NCBI GenBank assembly: GCA_007118145.1
Contig: SKSD01000056.1
Location: 19,851 to 83,850, forward strand
Reading direction: 5' to 3'
Source: Halobacteriales archaeon
Lineage (GTDB): Archaea > Halobacteriota > Halobacteria > Halobacteriales > SKSH01
DNA: 64,000 nt
Below the pieces are notes generated by a model. That model was not told where the DNA came from. It was given only the letters and a program-made list of their open reading frames with translations, and searched no databases. Position 1 is the stretch's first letter; each line of letters opens with the position of its first letter. Below, piece by piece: positions 18,245-27,753 of the stretch. The position numbers were made by a program, and so were the translations under genes.

Positions 18245-19582
18245 ATGGGTCAGCAGGCTCGGCCGAAGATCACGTTCGAGTATACCCCCGAGACCGATCA
18301 ATCGTTCGAGAACGCGCTGGCGAAGGCACGCGATGGCGATCGACTCGATGTCGAGGACGCCGTTGCACTCCTGACGACTGGTGACGATGTCGAGGGTATC
18401 GATACCGACCGCAAGGAGGCAGTACTCGAACTGGCTGACCGACGTCGGGAGGAACGAGTCGGGGACGAGGTGACATTCGTCGTCAATCTCAACAATAACG
18501 TCACGACGGCGTGCAACGTCGGGTGTCTCTTTTGCAACTTCAAGGATCCAGCCGGTTCGTTCGAGACAGACTCAGATACCGAACATGATGGCTTCACGAA
18601 GACACCAGCTGAGTCACGTCGCATCGTCGATGAGGCGCTTGACCTCGGCATCTACGAGGTATGTTCGGTGTCAGGGCTTCACCCAGCGTTCGCACTGGAT
18701 GACGAACACCTCGAGGCACTCGATGCTGCTGCAGATCCCAGTCAGGTGAACTACCGCCCACCAGGTGCGTACGATGTCGATCCCGGCACGTACACCTCGC
18801 AGATGGATGCCATGAGCATCGACGGTGTCCACCTGCACTCGATGACACCCGAGGAGGCAGCCCATGCAACCCGAGGGTGGGAGCACGGCTATGAGGAGGT
18901 GTACCGTCGCCTCAGGGCTGCCGGACTCGATTCTGTCCCCGGCACTGCAGCAGAGATCCTCGTCGATGAGGTCCGCGAGGCCATCTGCCCGGGTAAGATC
19001 GATACACAGGGCTGGGTCGATGCGATGCGAGCCGCTGCATCGGTCGGCCTCGACATGACCTCGACGATCATGTACGGCCATGTCGAGAATGAGCGTCACC
19101 GTGCGATGCACCTCGAGGTGGTGCGAGACCTGCAGGATGAGACCAGTGCCATCACCGAATTCGTGCCGTTATCGTTCATCCATCCCGAGACACCGCTGTT
19201 TGAGCATGGCTACGTTGATGGTGGTGCGACGCATGATGAGGACGAGTTGATGATCGCTGTGAGTCGACTCTTCCTCGATAACATCGACCACATCCAGTCG
19301 TCGTGGGTGAAGTTCGGCGACACGTCTGGCTTGAAACTGCTCTCCTGTGGTGCCGATGACTTCATGGGGACGTTGCTCTCTGAGGAGATTACCCGACGTG
19401 CAGGTGGCACATACGGTGAAATGCGCACCGTCGCACAGTACGTCGACATGATCACGAGCATCGGGCGGACACCGGTCGAGCGGTCGACTGATTACCGCAC
19501 CAGGTGTGTGATCGATCCTGAGCTTACCCCGCACGGTCCGATACTCGGTCCACGGGCTGATGGGTCGCCGATGTTCACGTGA
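18245..19582 (+). CDS. cofH: FO synthase subunit CofH (radical SAM)
   Basis: 445 aa. CNVGCLFCNF radical SAM motif. Its partners cofG and cofC lie nearby. Confidence 0.85.
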   Translation: MGQQARPKITFEYTPETDQSFENALAKARDGDRLDVEDAVALLTTGDDVEGIDTDRKEAVLELADRRREERVGDEVTFVVNLNNNVTTACNVGCLFCNFKDPAGSFETDSDTEHDGFTKTPAESRRIVDEALDLGIYEVCSVSGLHPAFALDDEHLEALDAAADPSQVNYRPPGAYDVDPGTYTSQMDAMSIDGVHLHSMTPEEAAHATRGWEHGYEEVYRRLRAAGLDSVPGTAAEILVDEVREAICPGKIDTQGWVDAMRAAASVGLDMTSTIMYGHVENERHRAMHLEVVRDLQDETSAITEFVPLSFIHPETPLFEHGYVDGGATHDEDELMIAVSRLFLDNIDHIQSSWVKFGDTSGLKLLSCGADDFMGTLLSEEITRRAGGTYGEMRTVAQYVDMITSIGRTPVERSTDYRTRCVIDPELTPHGPILGPRADGSPMFT

Positions 19583-19690
19583 ATGACACCTTATGTCTCG
19601 ATATCCGACAGTCTCATTGACCACGAGAAGTTGGTCCTCTGGCGCGATCAGCTGACAGGTGAGTTGGGTCGATCATTCCATAGTCGGCGC

Positions 19691-20218
19691 TCACTGGTTG
19701 ACCTCGTCAAGCGGACCCTCTGATCGAAAAATCACCTCGTGGGAACATTCGTATTGCTCACCAGTCTCCTCGATAGCCATCGATACCGATACGACCGAGG
19801 GGGTATGCTCTCGGAAGGTAACGACATCGTAGGCATCGGGGGGACACGCGGCGATGTTGCCGTCTGCATCGAGGGTATATCCGGCGTGTACCTCGACGTA
19901 CCACTCATCATCCTCTCGCGCCATCGTCTGGATCCATGCCACATCGAGTACGTCCATCTCCAACCGTCGATTCAACGTCTCGAGGGCAGCATCTGCGGCG
20001 ATGGTCGCACACGCAGCTCCGACATCGTCAGCCTCGTCGATCATCTTCACCAGGTGCGTCTGGTCACCGGTCGCATCCCAGACACCCTCGGCGATATCAC
20101 ACTCATTCTCACCATTCTCCGGTGTTGGTTCCTCTTCATCGCCGAGAAGGTCTCCGACACACCCGGCGAGGAGGGTACTGCCGACCACTGCCGAACCCAA
20201 GAACACGCGTCGTTGCAC
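19691..20218 (-). CDS. Tat/lipobox lipoprotein of unknown function
   Basis: MQRRVFLGSAVVGSTLLAGCVG followed by an acidic mature part. Confidence 0.65.
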   Translation of the reverse strand: MQRRVFLGSAVVGSTLLAGCVGDLLGDEEEPTPENGENECDIAEGVWDATGDQTHLVKMIDEADDVGAACATIAADAALETLNRRLEMDVLDVAWIQTMAREDDEWYVEVHAGYTLDADGNIAACPPDAYDVVTFREHTPSVVSVSMAIEETGEQYECSHEVIFRSEGPLDEVNQ

Positions 20219-20399
20219 GGCCGTCTTTTCGGATGGATGGCTAAATATCTCCTGTCTGCGTCAAGTATGTGATTTTTCAGTGGTTCCACTGAGTATTGAT
20301 TACCGAGGTGACCGGTTGACAATCATCCACACTCGGACGTCACGATGGCGAAAACATACAGCCGTGAGGATTTTTTCACTGCCCATCATATACACGGGT

Positions 20400-20678
20400 G
20401 TGAACCATCTCGCTCGTCTCGATACCGACCGATACGCACTCCCTCAACATGCACGGATCATCGTCTATGACGGCAACGAGCGAGAGCTGATCACGATCTA
20501 TGACTGTGGTGTGGCACAAAAGCCACCCTCGGCGCAGTTCCTCGGTAACCTCGGACGGGTCGATGTCGAACACGAGCTCGAGCGAACACCGACCGGGTAT
20601 GCCGTCTCGTTACGCCAGTCGGCGGTGCTCGAACACCTCGGTGCGGATCACTACCGGGTCAGCAAATCCCCTGACTAA
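20400..20678 (+). CDS. hypothetical protein (start and strand uncertain)
   Basis: This 3' portion of track ORF 19854..20678 lies in an otherwise empty gap and translates plausibly (..LARLDTDRYALPQHARIIVYDGNERELITIYD..). Only GTG starts are available (20364 or 20400). A 65-aa minus-strand ORF (20376..20573) competes for the same sequence. Confidence 0.3.
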   Translation: MNHLARLDTDRYALPQHARIIVYDGNERELITIYDCGVAQKPPSAQFLGNLGRVDVEHELERTPTGYAVSLRQSAVLEHLGADHYRVSKSPD

Positions 20679-21841
20679 CCCGAGGGTCGGCTATCGAGGA
20701 TCGCCCGATAACGCTTTCCTTGCGAGGTATCAGCGGTGAGCGCCTGGCGAATTGGCTCGGTGAGGAACCTGCTCTCACCTGTCCCGAGGTTTGAGGGCAG
20801 GAACCGACCGTACACCGGCAGTCGTTCACGGAGTGGGACACATGCAAACGTAGCGATCGCCTCGAGTTCGTCGAGTGCAGGCCATGCGTAGGCGGGGTTG
20901 ACGTGATCGACCGTGACGGGTGAGACACCACCGAGATCGTCGATCCCGCAGTCGAGCAGATCTCTGACCGGTGCGAGGTTCGGTGGCACCTGGACGGACA
21001 CCTCATCGGGGAGGATGCCACGTGCCATGGCCACCACGTTACGGAGGGTGTCGAGTTCGGGCGAGCCACCTCGCCATCGGTCGTTCTCGACGACTGGCTG
21101 GACGATCACCTCCTGGATGTGGCCATAGCGCTCGTGTAGGGCACCGATCGCCAATAGACTCGTCGCCCGGTCAGCCATCGACTCACCGATACCGACGAGG
21201 ATACCGGTCGTGAAGGCGATATCGAGTTCGCCAGCCGTGCGGATCGTCGCGAGGCGTTGTGCCGGTGACTTTCCACGAGGTCCGGCGTGTGCCTGTACCT
21301 CAGCCGTCGTCTCTAGCATGACGCCCATACTCGCGTTGTACGGTGCGATCAGGCGCATCTGCTCCATGGTCTGATCGCCAGGGTTCGAGTGAGGTAGGAG
21401 ACCCTCCTTGAGTGCAAGCTCGCATACATCGCCGAGATACGCATGGATCGATGGGAAGCCCCACTCCTTCAGTTGTGCATTGATCCCTTCATAACGATTA
21501 TCTGGCTCGTCACCGAGGGTGAACAACGCCTCGGTGCAGCCAGCCTCGACACCGGTCTGGACGATTTCACGCACCTGGTCGGTGCTGAGCAGTCTCGCCT
21601 GACCCGGTGGATCGTAGAACGTGCAGTAGGTACAGGCGTATCGACAGGCGGTCGTGAGTGGGATGAAGACGTTGCGTGCGAAGGTTAACGCATCGGCAGG
21701 CTCGACATCGGTTGGGTCGATCGCCAGCGCCCTGCGGACACTGGTCTCATCGATATCGAGCTCGATATCATACCTCGCTGCATCGGGGATGTCGACTGTT
21801 GCCACTGCTAGGGGTGGTTGGGTCGGGGGACCTTCAATCAC
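20675..21841 (-). CDS. cofG: FO synthase subunit CofG (radical SAM)
   Basis: CRYACTYCTF motif. I chose the GTG at 21839-21841, which overlaps the cofC stop (GTGATTGA). The longer ATG-initiated ORF would overlap cofC by 120 nt. Confidence 0.8.
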   Translation of the reverse strand: MIEGPPTQPPLAVATVDIPDAARYDIELDIDETSVRRALAIDPTDVEPADALTFARNVFIPLTTACRYACTYCTFYDPPGQARLLSTDQVREIVQTGVEAGCTEALFTLGDEPDNRYEGINAQLKEWGFPSIHAYLGDVCELALKEGLLPHSNPGDQTMEQMRLIAPYNASMGVMLETTAEVQAHAGPRGKSPAQRLATIRTAGELDIAFTTGILVGIGESMADRATSLLAIGALHERYGHIQEVIVQPVVENDRWRGGSPELDTLRNVVAMARGILPDEVSVQVPPNLAPVRDLLDCGIDDLGGVSPVTVDHVNPAYAWPALDELEAIATFACVPLRERLPVYGRFLPSNLGTGESRFLTEPIRQALTADTSQGKRYRAILDSRPSG

Positions 21842-22457
21842 TTGCGTTCCTGGTGATACCGACCCGGCCGTTTTCGTCCTCGGAGAGTTGCACGTCACGT
21901 GCATCGAGCCATCGGTGCGTCGCACCCTCGGCGTGAAGCAGTACCTCGACGAGGTCATCCACCTCGTCGATATCGAGGCTGAGGCGATAGGAATCGATGT
22001 AGGTCACCTCGAGGGCTGCCTCCTCGGCGATAGCAGCGTGGTCTCGGATCGAACAGCCATGGAAATCCGTCGTGAAGGCGCCATCCCTGGTGACAAATGC
22101 GTTCGTCCCACCGCCGATACCCGGGGCGAGGACGACATCGCCCGGTGCACTCGCCAGGCGTTCGATCACGGCACCATCGACGAGAGGGAGGTCGGCCATG
22201 ACGACACCAAGTGGTGGTTCGTGTAACTCGAGCATCGAGTTGACAGCGGTGGTCAGCGGTCGCTCGTCGATGATGACGGTCGCGTCGATATCGATCGGTG
22301 CGGTCGTGAGCACGTATGGCCGGTGTTCCGTCTCGTGGATGGCCTCGAGCACATCGGTCAGCATGGCCTCGGCGAGGGCACGACGCTCTTCAGGATAGAA
22401 CAGTGATGACAGTCGGCTCTTCGGATCGACAGCATCGTACGGGACGAAGACGTCCAT
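21834..22457 (-). CDS. cofC: 2-phospho-L-lactate guanylyltransferase
   Basis: 207 aa. MDVFVPYDAVDPKSRLS...; the context with cofG supports the call. Confidence 0.75.
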   Translation of the reverse strand: MDVFVPYDAVDPKSRLSSLFYPEERRALAEAMLTDVLEAIHETEHRPYVLTTAPIDIDATVIIDERPLTTAVNSMLELHEPPLGVVMADLPLVDGAVIERLASAPGDVVLAPGIGGGTNAFVTRDGAFTTDFHGCSIRDHAAIAEEAALEVTYIDSYRLSLDIDEVDDLVEVLLHAEGATHRWLDARDVQLSEDENGRVGITRNASD

Positions 22458-22493
22458 GAGGTCACTCGCCCGACAACAGGTGACAGACCGGGT

Positions 22494-23675
22494 TTAAAAT
22501 AGCGGTTCGAGCTCGTCGTCCTGTGTGGAGACGAGATTCTCGAGGTTATCCTTGCTCTCAGCCTTGATGTCCTCGATGTTGTGCTGTGCCTCGATGGCCA
22601 CTTGTTGGAGCTCCTTGATTCGCGGGACGTTCGTCACGCCTGAGAGAAGGACGGTGCAGGCCACCTCGTTGGCCCGTCTGATCGGGTAGTCACCACCACG
22701 AACCTCCATCGACCCGGTCTGCTCCTCGGTCCATTTCCTGCCGTATTCGATGCCCTTGCGGTTGAGGTGTTCAGGCGGCCCACTGATGACGACCAGCGCA
22801 CGCTCGATACCCTGGAGTTCACATGGCAGGGTGAGTCGCCCGAGGACGGCCTTCCTCACGAGGCTGGTGATCCGGTTGGTCGTCGTCGCAGTATCGATCT
22901 TCTCAGCTGTCGACTTACCCTTGAAACGCGAGAGCAGGCCGCCACCGCTGTGTGGGTTTTCGATCGCCTCGTTGGCGTAACCAACCGTCGAGACACCACC
23001 GCTGCCCAGCGTGTTGATGATCTCGCTCGAGTCGACGATGCTCTCGCCGACTTCGTCGCCAGGGTCGATCTCACCGGCATTGAACAGGAGACCGAAACGT
23101 CGAACAATCTCCTCGTTGATGTCGTCGTAGCTGCTCTCGATCGATTCACCGGCTCGTCGCCAGGCGTCGTTGTCGAACACGAGGAGGTTGTCCACCTCAC
23201 CGACGAATGTCTGGAACGAGCGAGCTGCGTTGAGTGTATAGATGCCACCCTCGTCCGTCCCCGGCAGCACGCCGAGGCCGTAGACCGGCTCGGTGTAGAT
23301 ACGTTTGAGGTGTTTGGCGAGCACCGGTGCGCCACCACTGCCGGTCCCTCCACCGAGCCCGGCGATGATGAGGAACGCATCGATCTCGTGGACGGGGACG
23401 TGATCGAGGGTGCCCTGTATCTCATCGATATCCTCCTCGGCGATTTCGGCGCCGAGCTCGTTATCGGCACCGACACCGTGGCCCTTGACGCGGGTCTGGC
23501 CGATCAAGACACGGTTCTCGTCCGGAACGTAATCCAGACCGAGTAGGTCTGCCTTAGCGGTGTTGATCGCCACTGCCGAGGTGACGATCTTGCCACCTGT
23601 TCGATTGTCGTACTCGAGGAACTTATCGAGGATCTTGCCACCCGCCTGGCCGAACCCGATCATTGCGAGTTTCAT
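22494..23675 (-). CDS. cetZ: CetZ-type tubulin/FtsZ-superfamily protein
   Basis: 393 aa. MKLAMIGFGQAGGKI and the tubulin signature GGGTGSG. Length and C-terminus fit CetZ rather than FtsZ. Confidence 0.85.
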   Translation of the reverse strand: MKLAMIGFGQAGGKILDKFLEYDNRTGGKIVTSAVAINTAKADLLGLDYVPDENRVLIGQTRVKGHGVGADNELGAEIAEEDIDEIQGTLDHVPVHEIDAFLIIAGLGGGTGSGGAPVLAKHLKRIYTEPVYGLGVLPGTDEGGIYTLNAARSFQTFVGEVDNLLVFDNDAWRRAGESIESSYDDINEEIVRRFGLLFNAGEIDPGDEVGESIVDSSEIINTLGSGGVSTVGYANEAIENPHSGGGLLSRFKGKSTAEKIDTATTTNRITSLVRKAVLGRLTLPCELQGIERALVVISGPPEHLNRKGIEYGRKWTEEQTGSMEVRGGDYPIRRANEVACTVLLSGVTNVPRIKELQQVAIEAQHNIEDIKAESKDNLENLVSTQDDELEPLF

Positions 23676-23810
23676 GGTTGGCTGTCCACTGTCTCGTTAA
23701 CTCGCAAATATCCTTATATATGTTGTGTTGGTGCTATCAACGAGCAAGAAATTGTCAGACGGACGTCGGACAACTGTCGTTTCACCTGCCTGAGTGAACA
23801 GCTGACTCTT

Positions 23811-24722
23811 CTATTGCACACCGAGGTACTCGGCGAACGTCTTGAGGTCGTCGACGGTCCGACCGAACACATCGATATCATTCTGTGATGTAACGTTGTC
23901 CACCTCGAGCCCGCGCGCCTGATTCGCACCCAGGGGAAATCCAGGGATGTACTCGCCGAGGTACAAGCCAGCCTTTGCCACTGCCATCGGGATGGGGAAG
24001 AGTCTGGCAGGCTTACCTTCTGCCTCGTGGACGAGACGGACGATCTCCGCGAGTGTCAACACCTCCGGGCCACCGAGTTCGTAGAGCTGGCCGACGTGTT
24101 CGTCGCTGTCGAGTGATTCTGCGATCATCGCGACGAGGTCCTCACGCCATATCGGCTGGAACTTCGACTTACCACCACCTGGAAGGCCCGTGATATACGG
24201 CCACATGAGTCGGTTCATCATCGGTGGGTGTGAGACCCACCGGCTGAAGAAGGTGAACTCATCACCATCACCGAAGACGACCGAGGCACGGAAGATTGTC
24301 CAGTCGAGGTCGCTCGCCTTGACGAGTTGTTCCGAACGTCCCTTCGAACGTAACTGCTCTGTCGGTGCATCGATATCAGCCCCGATGTTGCTCATGTGGA
24401 CGTATCTCGACACCCCAGCAGAGGTGGCCTCCTCGAGGAGGTTTGCTGTGCCTTGCACCTGTACCTTCTCGTGTGTTATTGACCGAGGTGTTTTGAACAG
24501 TGGCGAGAGGTCGACCAGGTTGATGACCACATCGAATCCGTTGAGTTTACCCTCGAGCGTGGCTGGTTCGGTGACATCCCCCTCGATGGCATCGACACCG
24601 TCAGGAAGGTCGGACGCATCCGGTGTCCGAGCCATCGCGGTGACATCGTGCCCCTCCTCGACAATGGCTGCACACAACCCCCGACCGATGAAACCTGTTC
24701 CACCAGCTACCAAGACATTCAT
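23811..24722 (-). CDS. NAD(P)-binding SDR/epimerase-family protein (NDUFA9-like)
   Basis: MNVLVAGGTGFIGRGL Rossmann motif; 303 aa. Confidence 0.75.
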   Translation of the reverse strand: MNVLVAGGTGFIGRGLCAAIVEEGHDVTAMARTPDASDLPDGVDAIEGDVTEPATLEGKLNGFDVVINLVDLSPLFKTPRSITHEKVQVQGTANLLEEATSAGVSRYVHMSNIGADIDAPTEQLRSKGRSEQLVKASDLDWTIFRASVVFGDGDEFTFFSRWVSHPPMMNRLMWPYITGLPGGGKSKFQPIWREDLVAMIAESLDSDEHVGQLYELGGPEVLTLAEIVRLVHEAEGKPARLFPIPMAVAKAGLYLGEYIPGFPLGANQARGLEVDNVTSQNDIDVFGRTVDDLKTFAEYLGVQ

Positions 24723-24847
24723 GTCGGTGAATAGGAAGGCTCGGCCTGTAAGGATACCGACGGTCGAGGGACGGTCACCCGCGTCGGTGTCTCGCGGCAG
24801 CTAACCGTAGCCATGAAGTATTAGCTCCAGTTTTCGATAGCACAGAT

Positions 24848-25678
24848 ATGGACGATATCGGCCGATATATTGAAGAAAACCGTGCTCACTGGGATGAACT
24901 CGCAGAGCACCACCCCGACACCGATTCCTACGACGTGGAGGCATTCCTTGAGGGTGACTCCACGCTTCGTGATCTCGAGGTCGAAGAGCTGGATGCGAGT
25001 GGTGAACGGATGTTGCACCTACAGTGTCATTTCGGTCTCGATACCCTCTCATGGGTGCGCGACCATGACGTTGCCCACGCGACGGGAGTTGATTTCTCAC
25101 CAACCGCCATCGATACAGCCCGCGAACTACGTGATCAAGTTGGACTCAGTGAATCGGAGGTTCGCTTTCTCGAGAGTGATATCTATGAACTTGATGCCCG
25201 CCTCGGGGAACCATTTGATATCGTCTTCACCTCGTATGGAACGATCTACTGGTTGCCTGATCTGACCGAGTGGGCACGGCAGATTGATGCACATCTTGTA
25301 CCTGGTGGGACGTTCTACATGGCAGATGGTCACCCGATGGTGGGTGTGTTTCACCATGAGAGTACGGCCGATGACCTCAGGGTGACATACCCATATTTCA
25401 ACACCGAACCGATCACCGTCGACCAGGATGGCAGTTATGCAGGATGGGATTTCGGCCTAGAGCATACACGCTCGCATGGATTCGCCCACCCCATTGGGGA
25501 AATAATCACGGCTATCGTGGACGTGGGTCTCGAACTGGTGTTCCTCCATGAGCACCCGTGGTCATTCTTCCAGCAGTTCGACGCGATGGAGCGTGACGAG
25601 AATGATCGATGGTACCTCCCAGGTCTCACGCATGACCTCCCGTTCACGTTCTCGATGATGGCGAGAAAACCCGCCTGA
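24848..25678 (+). CDS. class I SAM-dependent methyltransferase
   Basis: 276 aa. LHLQCHFGLDTLSW is a variant motif I, followed by DIVFTSYGTIYWLPD. Confidence 0.7.
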   Translation: MDDIGRYIEENRAHWDELAEHHPDTDSYDVEAFLEGDSTLRDLEVEELDASGERMLHLQCHFGLDTLSWVRDHDVAHATGVDFSPTAIDTARELRDQVGLSESEVRFLESDIYELDARLGEPFDIVFTSYGTIYWLPDLTEWARQIDAHLVPGGTFYMADGHPMVGVFHHESTADDLRVTYPYFNTEPITVDQDGSYAGWDFGLEHTRSHGFAHPIGEIITAIVDVGLELVFLHEHPWSFFQQFDAMERDENDRWYLPGLTHDLPFTFSMMARKPA

Positions 25679-25714
25679 TCTTCGTCTTTCGAACCAATCA
25701 GTGATTCGTCGCGG

Positions 25715-26152
25715 CTACCTCGGGATCGGGGGTTCGACGCCGAGTTGTCTGACCAGGTCGAGGATGTTTCCGAGGAAGTGGCTGTGAACGACCTGACCGT
25801 CATTGACTACGACATAGCCAGCGTACTCGAACGTGATTTCGTTACCTGTCGGCTCGATACCGCGCCACGTACCCTCGTGCGTCCCCGTCTCCTTCCTGAA
25901 GATGGCGACCCGATCGTCCTCAGCGATGAGTTCGGTCGACTCACCGGCGAGGTCGGGGAACGCCTCCCAGTATTCCTGCCACAGGTCTTTCATCCCCTCA
26001 CGTCCCTCGATGCCCTCACCGGTACCCGATCGATAGATACCCGTCGTGTGGTCATCTGAGAGATACTCGTCGAAGACGCTCAGGTCATGATTGTCGATTC
26101 CCTCAAGGAACTGTTCTACGATCGCCTTGTTGTCAGCTAGTGTTGATGCCAT
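25715..26152 (-). CDS. SnoaL-like / ester-cyclase-family protein
   Basis: Starts at the internal ATG 26150-26152 (MASTLADNKAIVEQFLEGIDNHD...). The longer track ORF would overrun the neighbouring small gene. Confidence 0.65.
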   Translation of the reverse strand: MASTLADNKAIVEQFLEGIDNHDLSVFDEYLSDDHTTGIYRSGTGEGIEGREGMKDLWQEYWEAFPDLAGESTELIAEDDRVAIFRKETGTHEGTWRGIEPTGNEITFEYAGYVVVNDGQVVHSHFLGNILDLVRQLGVEPPIPR

Positions 26153-26162
26153 GATGTTGTGT

Positions 26163-26336
26163 TCAGAGGATTTGGAGGTGTTGCTCTCTGAGCTCGTCGT
26201 CGGTGAGCTGTTGACCATGTACCTCCGCCATGTGTCGTTTCGCTAGTGCTATCGCCTCTGTTTCGTTCTCAGACTGGATGATGAACCGGCAGTCAGCAGC
26301 CTGGTTCTCACAGTCGAGTCGGTGTGCCTTTGCCAT
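26163..26336 (-). CDS. DUF1059-like small protein (57 aa)
   Basis: Below the track cut-off. Hand translation gives MAKAHRLDCENQAADCRFIIQSENETEAIALAKRHMAEVHGQQLTDDELREQHLQIL, which matches the C..x..DC..F...E.E......H....H pattern of that family. Confidence 0.6.
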   Translation of the reverse strand: MAKAHRLDCENQAADCRFIIQSENETEAIALAKRHMAEVHGQQLTDDELREQHLQIL

Positions 26337-26476
26337 GTGTTGCCACCGCGTGGCGAGTTAGAACACAGCCCATGAGACCACATAGCTATCTCGTGCGACA
26401 GCCGCACCGACTGCCGGACAGTCAGGTGGTGCACGATTCGCAACCGGTGACGGTTCTACGCAGGTTGGGGGACAGT

Positions 26477-26863
26477 TCAGGCGACGCGGATATCTCGCTC
26501 GACCAGTTCGACGTAGAGTAACTCGTCTTCGAGCGACTTGATCAGCTGTGTGCGAGCGATCTCGAGGTGTTCAACCGCATCGATGAGGATTGGTGCCACG
26601 GTCGGGTGGCGTCGAACCTCGCTATCGAGGTAGGTCTCATCAAGGAGTGACTGGAGGAGTTCGCCCATCTCCTCGGTATCAGCAGGTACGCTCACTGGTT
26701 TACGATACGGTAGCTCGTGAAGATTGAGCTGTGTCTTGTGGTGCTTGAGATGTGTGTTGAAGCTCCCAATAGCCTTGTTATACGCCAGACTCTCCAGGCG
26801 TAACTGGTCGAAGACGAACTGTTCATCAACACGTTCGGGGTTTTCTGCGGTTGTGTTCGTCAT
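26477..26863 (-). CDS. hypothetical protein
   Basis: 128 aa from the ATG at 26861-26863 (MTNTTAENPERVDEQ...). Acidic composition; no motif recognised. Confidence 0.5.
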   Translation of the reverse strand: MTNTTAENPERVDEQFVFDQLRLESLAYNKAIGSFNTHLKHHKTQLNLHELPYRKPVSVPADTEEMGELLQSLLDETYLDSEVRRHPTVAPILIDAVEHLEIARTQLIKSLEDELLYVELVERDIRVA

Positions 26864-27132
26864 GTGTATTGCCCCTCGGGATGTCCCATCACCGAGTCGC
26901 ATGCGAGTCAGCTCGCATACCATTGCTCGTGTAGCCAAGGCTTGTGCAACCCCCCATAAAATAGTGTGTGGGTGGTTACCGCACGTGATAATATGCTGGC
27001 GATGGATGCTACCTACCCCGGCCTATCCTTTATAAAGTATATATACTCTGCTAGGAGAGTTGCACTGTTGATCGGACGAGCAACACGACCAGCGGTGAGA
27101 CAGCAGTGACCGACGTCGACTCAACACCTTCG

Positions 27133-27654
27133 ATGGAGCGCATCTTACTGCTTGGGCCACCTGGTTCAGGTAAATCAACCCTGGCGAAACGGCTCGGGAG
27201 TGAGCTTGAGCTCCCGGTCATCCATCTCGATGAGCACTTTTGGGAGCCAGGATGGACGATGCCACCGGAGGTGGAGTGGATCGAGACACAGCGTGCACTC
27301 ATTGACCGTCACGACAGGTGGATCATGGACGGCAACTACGACAGCACGCTCGAGGTACGTCTTCCGGAGGCAGATACCGTGATCTTGCTTGAGTTGGGCC
27401 GTTTGCGTAGCCTGTATCGCATCGCCAAACGTTGGTGGGACCACCGTGGTGCGGTTCGCGAGGACATGGCCGATGGGTGTCCGGAACGGTTCGACCTTGA
27501 GTTCGCCCTGTATGCCTGGTCGTTCAAGGAGCGCGAACTCCCCGAGATCAAGGAGAAGATCGACCAATTTGGCTCAGATGTCGATACCATCACACTCGAT
27601 GCATCATCTCCGGAAGCGCTCGAGGAGTTTATCGAACGGTACACAGCTCAGTGA
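27133..27654 (+). CDS. P-loop NTPase/kinase (topology-modulation / adenylate-kinase-like)
   Basis: MERILLLGPPGSGKSTLAKRLG contains a Walker A motif. An upstream GTG at 27106 is an alternative start. Confidence 0.7.
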   Translation: MERILLLGPPGSGKSTLAKRLGSELELPVIHLDEHFWEPGWTMPPEVEWIETQRALIDRHDRWIMDGNYDSTLEVRLPEADTVILLELGRLRSLYRIAKRWWDHRGAVREDMADGCPERFDLEFALYAWSFKERELPEIKEKIDQFGSDVDTITLDASSPEALEEFIERYTAQ

Positions 27655-27753
27655 GTCACTCCACCCCGACATTTTTAGGGACATCTCCCAAAACTCGGGA
27701 CTCGTGACCCCCGACTTATAGCGGGGTGTCGAACCCACACATGGTGAAAAACC

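Noticed and set aside
22767-23546. 259-aa plus-strand ORF, and 22856..23476 in another minus-strand frame, over cetZ
   Set aside because: Both overlap a gene carrying the tubulin GGGTGSG signature. They are shadow or off-frame ORFs.
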